Notes: generated by a model from the sequence alone, not told the origin. A stretch of DNA of 64,000 bases from Oscillospiraceae bacterium (GCA_015064285.1 SVSN01000008.1:9498-73497), one strand, 5' to 3'. Positions 49,516 through 58,871 are shown, numbered from the stretch's first letter. Numbers and translations: made by a program.

Positions 49516-49701
49516 TCCTGTGAACAATTTTGGAAAAGATGTAAATTCTTTGGAAAAGAAGAAAGAATTCAAATTTTATATATTGAACTTATCTTTACAA
49601 TATTGTATAATACCAGTAACACTGTAGTAAAATGGAATTGCTTTATCCAGCGATTCAAATTTTTTTTGCTGAAGGATAGGAATTACCGGGGGATCTCCCC
49701 C

Positions 49702-51801
49702 ATGGAGGATAGAATGAAAACGACCCGTGAAGGGAAGAAAGAAAACTTTCTTCTGGCATGGATTCGGAGCAGTGTGATTCTGCAGATGCTGGATCGACTG
49801 TCGGGGAAGATTTACAGATCATTTTCCACAGGCTTTTTTGGTTGGCTGTTTACCGGATATGACCATGAGGATAAAAGTGTGCTGACTTCCCGGATTGCTG
49901 AGTGCCGGGTATGGCGGTGGCTTCGCAGTGTTTGCCGGTTTGTCAGCCGTCAGATTGAGGAGAGTATGATTCTTCATCTGTTCCGGCAGGGAATACGGGG
50001 TCTTCTGCGGTGCCGTATGCGTACATTTGGCTTCGGTATTATAGCATTCGGTATTTACACCGCAGCGTTTCAGCTGATTCAGGTTATGCTGCGGGAAGAT
50101 AATATTTCCATACCGGATCATCCGGAACTGCTCTTTGCTCTTGGTGTGATCTGTTTCGCTGTGCCGCTGTTGCTTTCCAAAGCCACATTCTGTGAATCGC
50201 TGTGTACCACCTTTTCCGGAAGTCGGATTCTGGAGGTTCTTGGCTGGGAAACAGACCAGGTGAAAGTTATCTGCACGGAAGAACCTCTGAACCGGATGGG
50301 TACTGCTTTTATTGTCGGAATTCTCTGTGGCCTTCTGACATTTTGGGTTGCTCCCTGGTGGATTATCGCATCGATTGTACTTCTGCTTGGCGCTTATCTG
50401 ATTCTGTGCAAACCGGAAATCGGTGTTCTGGCGTTGTTTTTCGGAATGCCTTTTCTGCCCACTATGGTACTGGCGGGCCTGGTTATCTATGTGTTTCTGT
50501 GTTTTTTCATAAAGCTGATCCGCGGAAAGCGTACCATTCACGCAGAACCTCTGGACATCATGACGGCTGCCTTTGCTGTGATACTTTTCTTGGGCGGTAC
50601 GATATCGCTCAGTCCCGGATCTCTGAAACCGGCGCTGCTGTTTGTGTGCCTGCTGATGGGGTATTTTGAAACTGTGTGGCTGCTCCGGGAACGGAAATGG
50701 CTGATCCGCTGTTCTGTTGCAGGTGTACTTTCTGCTACACTGACATCCCTGTACGGCATTTTCCAATACCTGACCGGCACTTCCCTGATGGCAGAAGCCT
50801 GGGTGGATTCCGAGATGTTTGCTTCTATCGGCGGCCGGGCTGTAGGAACGCTGGAGAATCCCAATATGTTCGGGGAATATCTGGTACTGATGATTCCGCT
50901 GGCTGTAGTGATGCTTGTGGGACATGGCGAAGGACTGCGACGGGTACAGGCGTTTCTTTGCCTGGGGATCATGGGCGTCTGTCTGATTCTGACATGGAGC
51001 CGTGGGGCGTGGCTGGGGCTTATTTTTGCTGCAGTGCTGTTCTTATTTATCTGGCATAAACGATCCATGTGGCTGGTGTTTGCGGGGATTGCAGCCATTC
51101 CGCTGCTGCCGTATGTGCTGCCGGAATCCATTATTCAAAGATTTACCAGTATCGGGAACTTATCCGATTCTTCGACGTCATACAGAGTGTACATCTGGCG
51201 TGCTGCCTGCGATATGATTCGTGATATGGGGATGACCGGTATCGGAATCGGTGAAGAAGCCTGGTTCCGGGTGTATCCCATGTATGCCTATCTGGGTGTG
51301 GAAGCAGCGCCCCATTCCCATAATCTGTTCCTGCAGATCTGGCTGGAAATGGGGATCTGTGGTCTGCTTGTGTTCATTGCCATTCTGTTTTTTCTGTGTC
51401 AGTCGTTATTTACGCTCTGCCGGGATCTCCGTGACTGCGGAAAGGTATCGTTGCTGGAACTGCGGGATCGGGAGAAGGGAAGTCTTTCAGGTTCTGATTT
51501 CAACCGGATGACCCGTCGTACCAGAACCCAGCTGCGGATTACCTGTGCGGCGCCACTGGCGGGCGTATTTGCGGTACTGGTACAGGGAATGACTGACTAT
51601 TCCTGGTACAATTACAGAGTATATCTGATGTTCTGGCTTATGGTAGGGCTGACTTCTGCATTTATCCGGAATGGCCGGAGCATGATGATGGAAGAGTCGG
51701 ACAATGCAGAATATCTGGCATCGCTGGATCTCCCATATCGGGCAGGCAGCCGCAGGAAGAAGAAAACTGCTGAACGAACGGAAGCAAAGGCAGAAGGATA
51801 A
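49702..51801 (+). CDS. O-antigen ligase/polymerase-family (Wzy_C) polytopic membrane protein
   Basis: Many TM segments and a Wzy_C-type loop (TWSRGAWLGL ... HSHNLFLQIWLEMG). The start is set at MEDRMKTT; the upstream part of the track ORF is AT-rich non-coding-looking sequence. Confidence 0.75.
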   Translation: MEDRMKTTREGKKENFLLAWIRSSVILQMLDRLSGKIYRSFSTGFFGWLFTGYDHEDKSVLTSRIAECRVWRWLRSVCRFVSRQIEESMILHLFRQGIRGLLRCRMRTFGFGIIAFGIYTAAFQLIQVMLREDNISIPDHPELLFALGVICFAVPLLLSKATFCESLCTTFSGSRILEVLGWETDQVKVICTEEPLNRMGTAFIVGILCGLLTFWVAPWWIIASIVLLLGAYLILCKPEIGVLALFFGMPFLPTMVLAGLVIYVFLCFFIKLIRGKRTIHAEPLDIMTAAFAVILFLGGTISLSPGSLKPALLFVCLLMGYFETVWLLRERKWLIRCSVAGVLSATLTSLYGIFQYLTGTSLMAEAWVDSEMFASIGGRAVGTLENPNMFGEYLVLMIPLAVVMLVGHGEGLRRVQAFLCLGIMGVCLILTWSRGAWLGLIFAAVLFLFIWHKRSMWLVFAGIAAIPLLPYVLPESIIQRFTSIGNLSDSSTSYRVYIWRAACDMIRDMGMTGIGIGEEAWFRVYPMYAYLGVEAAPHSHNLFLQIWLEMGICGLLVFIAILFFLCQSLFTLCRDLRDCGKVSLLELRDREKGSLSGSDFNRMTRRTRTQLRITCAAPLAGVFAVLVQGMTDYSWYNYRVYLMFWLMVGLTSAFIRNGRSMMMEESDNAEYLASLDLPYRAGSRRKKKTAERTEAKAEG

Positions 51802-51811
51802 AGGAGTAAAT

Positions 51812-52297
51812 ATGGAAAAGCGTAAAATACGCATCAATGCAATGGACTTTGTGATCGTGGCTGTGATCCTGGCAGCTGCGGCACTTCTGCTGTATGTGTT
51901 TTTATGGAGTGATGAAAGCGAAACTACGCAGAAAAAGACTGCCGAGATCACCTATGTGGTGGAGATTGTCGGTGTTGACGAACAGTTTCAGCATAATATC
52001 CAGGATGGGCAGCGAGTGGAAGATGCGGTTAAGCGAGGATATATCGGTACCGTAAAAGGAACCCCTGAAGTACGGGATATGCTGAAAGCAGAGTATGATA
52101 ACACTGCCGGAAAAGAAGTCTATAACCGGGTACCGGGGAAGTGCAATCTGTATATCACCATTACATCGGAAGCGGATGTATCTCCCAGAGGATATTCCGT
52201 CAACGGTGAGTTTGTGTATGTAGGAGCACAGCTCAGTCTGATGTTTCCGGATATGAAATGTGACGGATACTGTATCCGTCTGGATGCTGCAGAATAA
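51812..52297 (+). CDS. DUF4330-like membrane-anchored protein
   Basis: Start MEKRKIRINAMDFVIVAVILAAAALLLY with an AAAGGAG RBS. Single N-terminal TM, then a beta-rich domain. It is similar in layout to the 54359-54880 product. Confidence 0.65.
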   Translation: MEKRKIRINAMDFVIVAVILAAAALLLYVFLWSDESETTQKKTAEITYVVEIVGVDEQFQHNIQDGQRVEDAVKRGYIGTVKGTPEVRDMLKAEYDNTAGKEVYNRVPGKCNLYITITSEADVSPRGYSVNGEFVYVGAQLSLMFPDMKCDGYCIRLDAAE

Positions 52298-52344
52298 AAA
52301 AATGACTCCACTCGGATAAATCCGGTGTGAGCAGGAGGACGGTC

Positions 52345-53523
52345 ATGTATTATATTGATACCGTACAATTTGTATATTTGCTTGTGGGAATCCTGTGTGC
52401 ATTCCTGCTGGCGTATACATTGACACCACCTGTGAGGGTGCTTGCCTTTAAAATCGGTGCTATTGATGTACCGTTGGATGACAGACGGATGCATACCAAG
52501 CCGATTCCAAGAGTGGGTGGTCTGGCGATTTTTCTGGCTTTTACACTGACTACCATGCTGTTCTGTGAATTCAGCAGTACATTGGTGACAGTCTGGATCG
52601 GTGGTGCCGCTATCGTAATTCTGGGAATGCTGGATGATATTTTCCGTCTTCCTGCCTGGTCCAAGCTGATCGTGCAGCTTCTGGTAGCAGCGTTTGCCGT
52701 CTGGAATGGAATGACAATAGACCATATTAATCTGGGCGGTCATTATGTAATGCTGGGCGGATGGAGCATTCCTGTATCCATTCTGTGGATCGTAGGCCTG
52801 ACCAATGCGATTAATTTTATTGATGGTCTGGACGGACTTGCCTGTGGTATTTCCGCTATTTCTTCTGTATCCATGGTACTTGTGCTGCTGTTGTCCGGTG
52901 ATGTTACCAATGCGTTTATCACCGGGATCCTGGCAGCTTCCTGCATGGGATTTCTGCCGTTCAACGCCAACCCTGCACGGATTTTTATGGGAGATACCGG
53001 TGCGCTGTTCCTGGGATATGCTATGGCGGTTATGTCTGTACAGGGGGTGTTCAAACTCCATGCGGTTCTGGCATTCCTTGTGCCTGTGGCGATTTTTGCC
53101 CTGCCTCTGGGGGATACTGTGTTTGCTGTGCTGCGCCGTGTATGTGCCGGTAAGAGTCCCTTCGCAGCAGACAGAGGACATCTGCATCACAGACTTGTGG
53201 ATTTGGGCTTTACCCAGCGGGAATCTGTCAAGATTCTGTATGCGATCTGCGCTATGTTCGGGCTGATTGCTGTATTCTTTACGGATGCCATGTTTGCTGA
53301 AGGGCGTTTTATCAAAACTATCGGTATTGCAGTATTGGCAGTGATCATCTTTGTGATCAACTTTATTATTATGAAAAATCCCCGGTGCCGCCGTCATTCC
53401 GGTTTTTCTGACGACGAAATGACTGTGGCACAGTACCGCGCGGAACTGGAAGAACAGAAGAAAGATAAGCAAATCCGGAAAGCAGAGACGGAGAATATCG
53501 GGAAATCACATCCTGAATCCTGA
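52345..53523 (+). CDS. glycosyltransferase family 4 (MraY/WecA/TagO-like) undecaprenyl-phosphate sugar-phosphotransferase
   Basis: AGGAGG RBS 6 nt before the ATG. Motifs NAINFIDGLDGL and FMGDTGALFLG. Confidence 0.88.
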   Translation: MYYIDTVQFVYLLVGILCAFLLAYTLTPPVRVLAFKIGAIDVPLDDRRMHTKPIPRVGGLAIFLAFTLTTMLFCEFSSTLVTVWIGGAAIVILGMLDDIFRLPAWSKLIVQLLVAAFAVWNGMTIDHINLGGHYVMLGGWSIPVSILWIVGLTNAINFIDGLDGLACGISAISSVSMVLVLLLSGDVTNAFITGILAASCMGFLPFNANPARIFMGDTGALFLGYAMAVMSVQGVFKLHAVLAFLVPVAIFALPLGDTVFAVLRRVCAGKSPFAADRGHLHHRLVDLGFTQRESVKILYAICAMFGLIAVFFTDAMFAEGRFIKTIGIAVLAVIIFVINFIIMKNPRCRRHSGFSDDEMTVAQYRAELEEQKKDKQIRKAETENIGKSHPES

Positions 53524-53540
53524 GAAAGGCAGCAACCAGT

Positions 53541-54362
53541 ATGGCTAATGAGGGAAAACACAGAAGACCGGAATCATCCGGTTTCCGGATCTGGCCCGGG
53601 GTAACTTTGATTGCCATATGTGCCTTCCTGGTATTTCTGAGTGTATATCTCATCGCCTATAAAACCAATCTGATTCCGCTGCCGGAGTATGTTGAAGCAT
53701 TTCTGCAGAATAAAACGCAGACTGAAGAAACAGCAGAAAACAGAAATGACAGTATGGCTACTCTCATGCCGCAGCCGGAAACAGAAATACGGGAAATTTT
53801 CGACCCTGCGGCGGAAGATCCGGCTGGACTGCTGGAATCGCTCAATATCCCAAAGCAGTATTATCAGCGGATGCAGATTGTATATCAGCAGGATAACCTT
53901 CGCGAAGAAACGGTAGTGGAACTATATCGGAAAGACAGCTGCTGGAAACTGATAAAACAGCGAAGAAAAGACGATAAAATGCAGCTGTATCTGTGTGATG
54001 GAGAAAAACTTTACAGGGAGAATCCGTTTGTGCTGGCAGATACTGCAGTTACAGCTGCAGGCAGTTTCACACCGGAGAATATACTGGGGATACCCACACT
54101 GACAACACTGCGGGATTGGGAAGGGCTTATGGTATCACTTCTCGAAGATGCAAAGAATCTGCAGTTTTCCTGCCAAACGGAAGACGGTCTGCAGTATATG
54201 GGTGTGATCGCGTTGGATACAGGACTGTTAACGGAACTCAGAGTGCGGAAAGACGATACAGTAGTACTTACCATGTATACAGAGCGGTTTGATATGGCAC
54301 CTGCCGGGATTCAGCAAACTGACTTTTTTACCATACCAGAAAATGGAGGAAATGACCGGTGA
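53541..54362 (+). CDS. hypothetical membrane-anchored protein
   Basis: 273-aa ORF with a single N-terminal TM (VTLIAICAFLVFLSVYLIAY). I recognise no motif. It is co-oriented and tightly packed with its neighbours. Confidence 0.6.
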   Translation: MANEGKHRRPESSGFRIWPGVTLIAICAFLVFLSVYLIAYKTNLIPLPEYVEAFLQNKTQTEETAENRNDSMATLMPQPETEIREIFDPAAEDPAGLLESLNIPKQYYQRMQIVYQQDNLREETVVELYRKDSCWKLIKQRRKDDKMQLYLCDGEKLYRENPFVLADTAVTAAGSFTPENILGIPTLTTLRDWEGLMVSLLEDAKNLQFSCQTEDGLQYMGVIALDTGLLTELRVRKDDTVVLTMYTERFDMAPAGIQQTDFFTIPENGGNDR

Positions 54363-54880
54363 ATCAGGAAGGAAAAATGAAGAAGAAAAGACTTGGCGCG
54401 CTGGATATCTGTATCCTGATTGCAGTGCTGCTTTGTGTGCTGGGAGCAGCGGTACGCTTCGTTTTTAAAGAAGATTCTGTTCTGGCACAGAACACACCAT
54501 TGGATCTCTATACAGTATATTTTACAGTACAGGATATCCGTGAAACATCAGCCAGATATCTGTATGATGGTGCCGGATTCTATATTGAAGAAAGTGGTGA
54601 ATACTTCGGCAGGCTGGCTGGTACGCCGGGAACAACGCCGGCCTTAAAGACCTACACTGACCAGAACGGTAGATTTGTTGAAGTGTATAACAACACAGAT
54701 GATGACCGTGTTGCAAGAATCGATGTGGAGGGAGCCTTTATTGTTTCTGCTGTGATGGACGAGGATGGGTATCTGCTGCTCAATGGGAATACCTACATTG
54801 CTCCCAATAAAGAAGTGAAAATCCGCAGCAAAGAACTGCTTGTTAACATCCGTATCACATCTGTGGTAAAGGCTAACTGA
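54359..54880 (+). CDS. DUF4330-like membrane-anchored protein (second copy)
   Basis: GTG start 8 nt after GGAGGA, overlapping the upstream stop (alternative ATG at 54377). N-terminal TM LDICILIAVLLCVLGAAV. Confidence 0.6.
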   Translation: MNQEGKMKKKRLGALDICILIAVLLCVLGAAVRFVFKEDSVLAQNTPLDLYTVYFTVQDIRETSARYLYDGAGFYIEESGEYFGRLAGTPGTTPALKTYTDQNGRFVEVYNNTDDDRVARIDVEGAFIVSAVMDEDGYLLLNGNTYIAPNKEVKIRSKELLVNIRITSVVKAN

Positions 54881-54888
54881 GGTAAATT

Positions 54889-55119
54889 ATGCTTGGTATT
54901 TTCAAATCCGCTGCGGTAAAGGAACTGGAGCAGATCGCTTTTGAACTGCAGCAGAATCTGGAAAATAATTATAAAGATGCCGCACAGCAGGCACGAGTAC
55001 GGCTGGGAGAACGCACAGAAGTGCTCTGGCAGGAAGGAAAATTGAAGGAAAAGGAGTATCGTCGTTTTACTGTCCTTTATACGCAGTATTCTGCCAAAAT
55101 GACCGGATACCATCACTGA
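54889..55119 (+). CDS. small hypothetical protein
   Basis: 76-aa ORF predicted helical and charged. It is followed by a strong terminator. No recognisable motif. Confidence 0.45.
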   Translation: MLGIFKSAAVKELEQIAFELQQNLENNYKDAAQQARVRLGERTEVLWQEGKLKEKEYRRFTVLYTQYSAKMTGYHH

Positions 55120-55126
55120 AACATAA

Positions 55127-55150
55127 CCGGGGAGAATTCTCCGGTTTTTT
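55127..55150 (+). terminator. intrinsic terminator
   Basis: CCGGGGAGAATTCTCCGG hairpin followed by T6. Confidence 0.75.
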
Positions 55151-55218
55151 CTTTGTTAGTGAATAATCTCTTCCTGGCCGGAGAAAACTATGATATCCAT
55201 CCAGGGGAGGTTTTCATT

Positions 55219-55854
55219 GTGAGAATATGTGTTTTACTGGCATCTTCGATTCTGACAGCGGCACTGCTTCTGTCCTTTCTTCCGGTACGCGGGGAAGAAC
55301 AGATATATGATTCTGTCATTCGTCTGCACGTTCTTGCCGTTTCGGACAGTGAAGAAGATCAGCGTATCAAGCTGGCTGTACGGGACAGAGTGCTGTCAGA
55401 ACTGACACCGCTGCTGGAAACTGCCGATACGGTGGAAGAAGCCGGCGGAATTCTGAGAGATAACCTGAAACAGCTGGAAGTGCACACAAAAACGTGGATG
55501 CAGGAACAGGGGTATACAGATCCGGTACATTTCAGTTTTACACGGGAGAAATATCCGGTACGCCGGTATGATGACTTTTCTCTTCCGGCAGGTACTTATG
55601 ATTCCCTGCGTGTGATTCTGGGGGAAGGAGAAGGGAAGAATTGGTGGTGTGTACTGTTTCCCTCTGTGTGCAGCAGATTTGCAGTGAGGAATACGGAAGA
55701 GGTGTATCTGGAAGCCGGATTCACACCGGAACAGTACCGGCTGATTACCCACAGCGAGGAAGGAACATATCAAATCCGCTTTCGCCTGCTGGAAATCCTG
55801 ACAGAATTGTTCGATGAAATGCAGTCATGGTACCAAATGCCGGAAAACCGGTGA
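55219..55854 (+). CDS. spoIIR: stage II sporulation protein R
   Basis: GTG start 8 nt after GGGGAGG. SpoIIR hallmarks IRLHVLAVSDSEEDQRIKLAVRD and NWWCVLFPSVC. Confidence 0.85.
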   Translation: MRICVLLASSILTAALLLSFLPVRGEEQIYDSVIRLHVLAVSDSEEDQRIKLAVRDRVLSELTPLLETADTVEEAGGILRDNLKQLEVHTKTWMQEQGYTDPVHFSFTREKYPVRRYDDFSLPAGTYDSLRVILGEGEGKNWWCVLFPSVCSRFAVRNTEEVYLEAGFTPEQYRLITHSEEGTYQIRFRLLEILTELFDEMQSWYQMPENR

Positions 55855-55920
55855 AACGACGCTCGTGCTTTGTAATAGATGTCAAAAGTAAAAAAATCTG
55901 AAAAAAATTGAAAAAAAGTG

Positions 55921-55949
55921 TTGACAAAGGAGAGACGTTGTGATATAAT
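55921..55949 (+). promoter_or_regulatory. sigma-A promoter of the tRNA operon
   Basis: TTGACA-17 nt-TATAAT with a TGa extended -10. Confidence 0.7.
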
Positions 55950-56010
55950 ATCATCGTGCTCGAGAGCGAACATCAAAAAGACAAAGATTGTTCACAACTC
56001 GTTCAAAAAT

Positions 56011-56087
56011 GGCGGAATAGCTCAGCTGGCTAGAGCAATCGGTTCATACCCGATAGGTCGTGGGTTCAAGTCCAACTTCCGCTACCA
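56011..56087 (+). tRNA. tRNA-Met (CAU, elongator-like)
   Basis: GGCGGAATAGCTCAGCTGGCTAGAGC..., anticodon loop TTCATAC, T-arm GGGTTCAAGTCC, encoded CCA. A lysidine-modified tRNA-Ile2 cannot be fully excluded from sequence alone. Confidence 0.8.
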
Positions 56088-56132
56088 TGCATCTTATATG
56101 GTGCAGATATACACGAGATCAAGGGTTAAAAC

Positions 56133-56204
56133 GGCCCGTTGGTCAAGCGGTTAAGACACCGCCCTTTCACGGCGGTAACGGGAGTTCGATTCTCCCACGG
56201 GTCA
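56133..56204 (+). tRNA. tRNA-Glu (UUC), copy 1
   Basis: GGCCCGTTGGTCAAGCGGTTAAGACACCGCCCTTTCACGGCGG... Anticodon loop CTTTCAC, T-arm GGAGTTCGATTCTCC. Confidence 0.88.
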
Positions 56205-56230
56205 TCCGCTCCTTGAAATCGTGTAATCAT

Positions 56231-56302
56231 GGCCCGTTGGTCAAGCGGTTAAGACACCGCCCTTTCACGGCGGTAACGGGAGTTCGATTCTCCCACGGGT
56301 CA
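56231..56302 (+). tRNA. tRNA-Glu (UUC), copy 2 (identical)
   Basis: Identical 72-nt sequence, 26 nt downstream of copy 1. Confidence 0.88.
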
Positions 56303-56303
56303 T

Positions 56304-56332
56304 AAGCAGTGCAGAGATGTACTGCTTTTTCA
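56304..56332 (+). terminator. intrinsic terminator of the tRNA operon
   Basis: AAGCAGT-N10-ACTGCTT followed by TTTTCATTTTTC. Confidence 0.65.
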
Positions 56333-56368
56333 TTTTTCATCAAAAGCAGTGCAAACGAAAGAAGTGAA

Positions 56369-57322
56369 ATGATGACATCGACTGCAAAAACCGTATTTGA
56401 AAAATATGAAATCCGTAAGACAAAAGCACAGAAAACTGCGTTTATCGGATATGTCGAGTCTTTCGCAAAGGAGCTTGGCTACTCCTGTCATACGGAAAAG
56501 GGCTGGTTTGGCGCCGTAAACATCGTGGTCGGTGATCCTGAAAAAGCAAAAGTTGTGTATACCGCCCATTACGATACCTGTCCGGTTCTGCCTTTTCCGA
56601 ATTTTATTACACCACGGCATATCTGGATCTATCTGCTGTATCAGATCTTTGTTGTTACGGCAATCATGCTGCTGCCGATGGCGGCTGTGATCACTGCGGT
56701 AATATCTGCAGGCAGTTTATGGTTTCCGGAATCCGATTTGATGCCGCTGTTTGCTCTTCTGGCAGGATATGCTGTACTGCTTGGTGTGATGTTTCTGGTT
56801 CTGGCAGGGCCGGCTAACAAGCATACTGCTAATGACAATACATCCGGTGTGACAGTGCTTCTGGAAACGATGCAGATCATGCCGGAAGAACAAAAAAACG
56901 ATGCGGCCTATATTTTCTTTGATCTGGAAGAACAGGGCCTTTTCGGCTCCGGGGGATACGCATCAAAACACAAAAAAGATATGAAGAATAAGCTGCTTGT
57001 CAATTTCGACTGTGTTTCCGATGGCAATACCATGCTGCTGGTTTTACGGAAAGGAGCAGTATCCCGGAAGGAAATACTGGAAAAAGCTTTCCCGGCGGCA
57101 GCGGGAATACAGGTGGATATCGCTGAAAAAGGTGTGTTCTACCCATCTGATCAGGCAAATTTTCCCTGCGGTGTTGGGGTTGCAGCTCTGAAACGGACGA
57201 AACGCGGTGGGATTCTCTATATGGACAGAATTCATACCCGACATGATACCGTATATCAGGAAGAAAATATTGCTTACCTGGCGGAATCTGCAGTACGTCT
57301 GACGACTCTTCTGCATACATAA
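56369..57322 (+). CDS. M28-family metallopeptidase with internal TM segments
   Basis: Start MMTSTAKTVFEKYE, downstream of the tRNA terminator. M28 motifs HYDT, ANDNTSGVTVLLE, FFDLEEQGLFGS. Confidence 0.75.
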   Translation: MMTSTAKTVFEKYEIRKTKAQKTAFIGYVESFAKELGYSCHTEKGWFGAVNIVVGDPEKAKVVYTAHYDTCPVLPFPNFITPRHIWIYLLYQIFVVTAIMLLPMAAVITAVISAGSLWFPESDLMPLFALLAGYAVLLGVMFLVLAGPANKHTANDNTSGVTVLLETMQIMPEEQKNDAAYIFFDLEEQGLFGSGGYASKHKKDMKNKLLVNFDCVSDGNTMLLVLRKGAVSRKEILEKAFPAAAGIQVDIAEKGVFYPSDQANFPCGVGVAALKRTKRGGILYMDRIHTRHDTVYQEENIAYLAESAVRLTTLLHT

Positions 57323-57364
57323 GAAACAAAAACGGACCGAAGATGAATCGATCCGTTTTTTTGA

Positions 57365-57814
57365 TTACAGATATTCATGATACAGACTGCAGAGTCTTTC
57401 CTCATCCGCCTTACCGGTTCCCCATAAAATTACAGCACATTCTGTGATGCCGCACCGATTGTAAGCTTCCCAGCGATGATTCCCATCGGTCAGGACAAAA
57501 CCGGCAGCGGTGTATTCCACAATCAGCGGGGGCAGGTCGGCATGGCTTTGGATGGCTTCTGCCAGAGCAGATACACGCAGCTCAAAGGAGTTGGAATCCA
57601 CCTGCCATTTCATAGTTTCCTCCGGGCCGCAGCAGCGCGTAAACAGATTCAGAGGCATTGTGACAGGGCCTTTGAAGAAGCGCTTATCCAGTTTCAGACC
57701 ATCAGAGAAAGGCTTGTTGTGACCGTCTGAGCAGAGATAGGCGTGAATCCATTCTTCGATGTGTCCGGCATTGGCAAAGGCTTTTGCGGTGGTCAGTGTT
57801 CTGTCGTAAACCAT
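57365..57814 (-). CDS. ParB/Srx-fold (ParB-like nuclease N-terminal domain) protein
   Basis: Start MVYDRTLTT avoids overlap with the upstream gene. ParB-N-type motif LPPLIVEY..GFVLTDGNHRWEA. Confidence 0.6.
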   Translation of the reverse strand: MVYDRTLTTAKAFANAGHIEEWIHAYLCSDGHNKPFSDGLKLDKRFFKGPVTMPLNLFTRCCGPEETMKWQVDSNSFELRVSALAEAIQSHADLPPLIVEYTAAGFVLTDGNHRWEAYNRCGITECAVILWGTGKADEERLCSLYHEYL

Positions 57815-57825
57815 AGTGCCCTCCG

Positions 57826-58524
57826 TCAGCTGTGAACCGTCTGCAGTGCATGGATTTCTTCGTCTGTCAGATAACGCCACTGACCCGGTTCCAGGGATTC
57901 ATCCAGTTTCAGAGGGCCGAAACGGATCCGCTGCAGAGAAGTGATCTCGTTATCCACAGCGGCAAACATCCGCTTGATCTGATGGAATTTGCCTTCCACA
58001 ATGGTGATTTCTCCTTCAGTTGGCGCGTTCAGTTCTACTTGGGATGGCTGTGACGTAAAATCTCCCAGTTCCAGACCGGCTTCCATCCGCAGACGTGCTT
58101 CTTCGGAAAGGGGAAGGGCACAGGTGAAGCGGTATGTTTTTGCCACATGATGTTTTGGGGAAAGCCAGTTGTGTGCGCCCGGCCCATCATTGGTGATCAG
58201 CAGCAGTCCGGTGGTATCAATGTCCAGTCGTCCGCAGGGGAACATTCCAAGACGTACGCAGGCAGGCGGAACCAGATCCATGACTGTACGTCCTTTATCT
58301 TCAGTGGCACTGACATATCCTGCAGGTTTGTGCAGCATAATGTACTGATACTTGCTCCATATTACAGGTTTACCGTCACAGAGGACCTGTGCTGTTTCCG
58401 CAATGTGTTTGGACGGATCTTTGACAGGTGCACCATCCACCAGAATCCGTCCGCTGCGGATAGCTTTACCGGCTTCACTGCGGGAAAAAATCCCGGATTC
58501 GCTCAGATATTTATCAAGACGCAT
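57826..58524 (-). CDS. rRNA pseudouridine synthase (RsuA/RluB family)
   Basis: N-terminal S4 domain (MRLDKYLSESGIFSRSEA) and the catalytic motif GRLDIDTTGLLL. Confidence 0.88.
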   Translation of the reverse strand: MRLDKYLSESGIFSRSEAGKAIRSGRILVDGAPVKDPSKHIAETAQVLCDGKPVIWSKYQYIMLHKPAGYVSATEDKGRTVMDLVPPACVRLGMFPCGRLDIDTTGLLLITNDGPGAHNWLSPKHHVAKTYRFTCALPLSEEARLRMEAGLELGDFTSQPSQVELNAPTEGEITIVEGKFHQIKRMFAAVDNEITSLQRIRFGPLKLDESLEPGQWRYLTDEEIHALQTVHS

Positions 58525-58549
58525 AGAGAACCTCCGACATAGCGGCTTT

Positions 58550-58678
58550 TTACCCCGGAAAACCGGCTAAAAACATAGTCAGCAGCACAGAGCCCAGACA
58601 GAATAAAAAAATCAGACCACTCACAAAACCGATCCGGAAAGAATTCCAGAATTTCATAAAAAAATGGTAAGCCCGCAT
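58550..58678 (-). CDS. possible 42-aa hydrophobic peptide (below ORF-track cutoff)
   Basis: Minus strand GGAGGTG-N4-ATG. It encodes MRAYHFFMKFWNSFRIGFVSGLIFLFCLGSVLLTMFLAGFPG and lies just upstream of and co-oriented with the pseudouridine synthase gene. Confidence 0.3.
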   Translation of the reverse strand: MRAYHFFMKFWNSFRIGFVSGLIFLFCLGSVLLTMFLAGFPG

Positions 58679-58834
58679 ATGCACCTCCAGATGAATTTAC
58701 AGATTCAGTATGGAAGCAGGCGGGATTCTTTATACAGGATTCGTGCAGATAAAAAAACAGAATCGATACAATATAATTATAATGTATAAAGGTGTTTCTG
58801 TCAAGTGTGTGTAAAAGTGCAAAAATACACTGGA

Positions 58835-58871
58835 AAACAAAAGAAAAACCGTCTGGATATTATCCAAACGG
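58835..58871 (-). terminator. intrinsic terminator downstream of the tRNA-Gln fragment
   Basis: Minus strand CCGTTTGGAT-AAT-ATCCAGACGG followed by TTTTTCTTTTGTTTT. Confidence 0.7.

Noticed and set aside
55153-55218. Upstream ATG start of spoIIR
   Set aside because: The ATG at 55153 follows the terminator T-run directly and has no RBS. The GTG at 55219 sits 8 nt after GGGGAGG and begins the signal-anchor sequence.
56133-56302. Duplicated tRNA-Glu as a possible repeat or att site
   Set aside because: These are two identical, complete tRNA genes within a normal tRNA operon that has its own promoter and terminator. There is no evidence of mobile DNA here.
56309-56368. Upstream start of the M28 peptidase ORF given in the track
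   Set aside because: These 20 codons overlap the tRNA-operon terminator hairpin (56304-56332). The ATG at 56369 is used instead.
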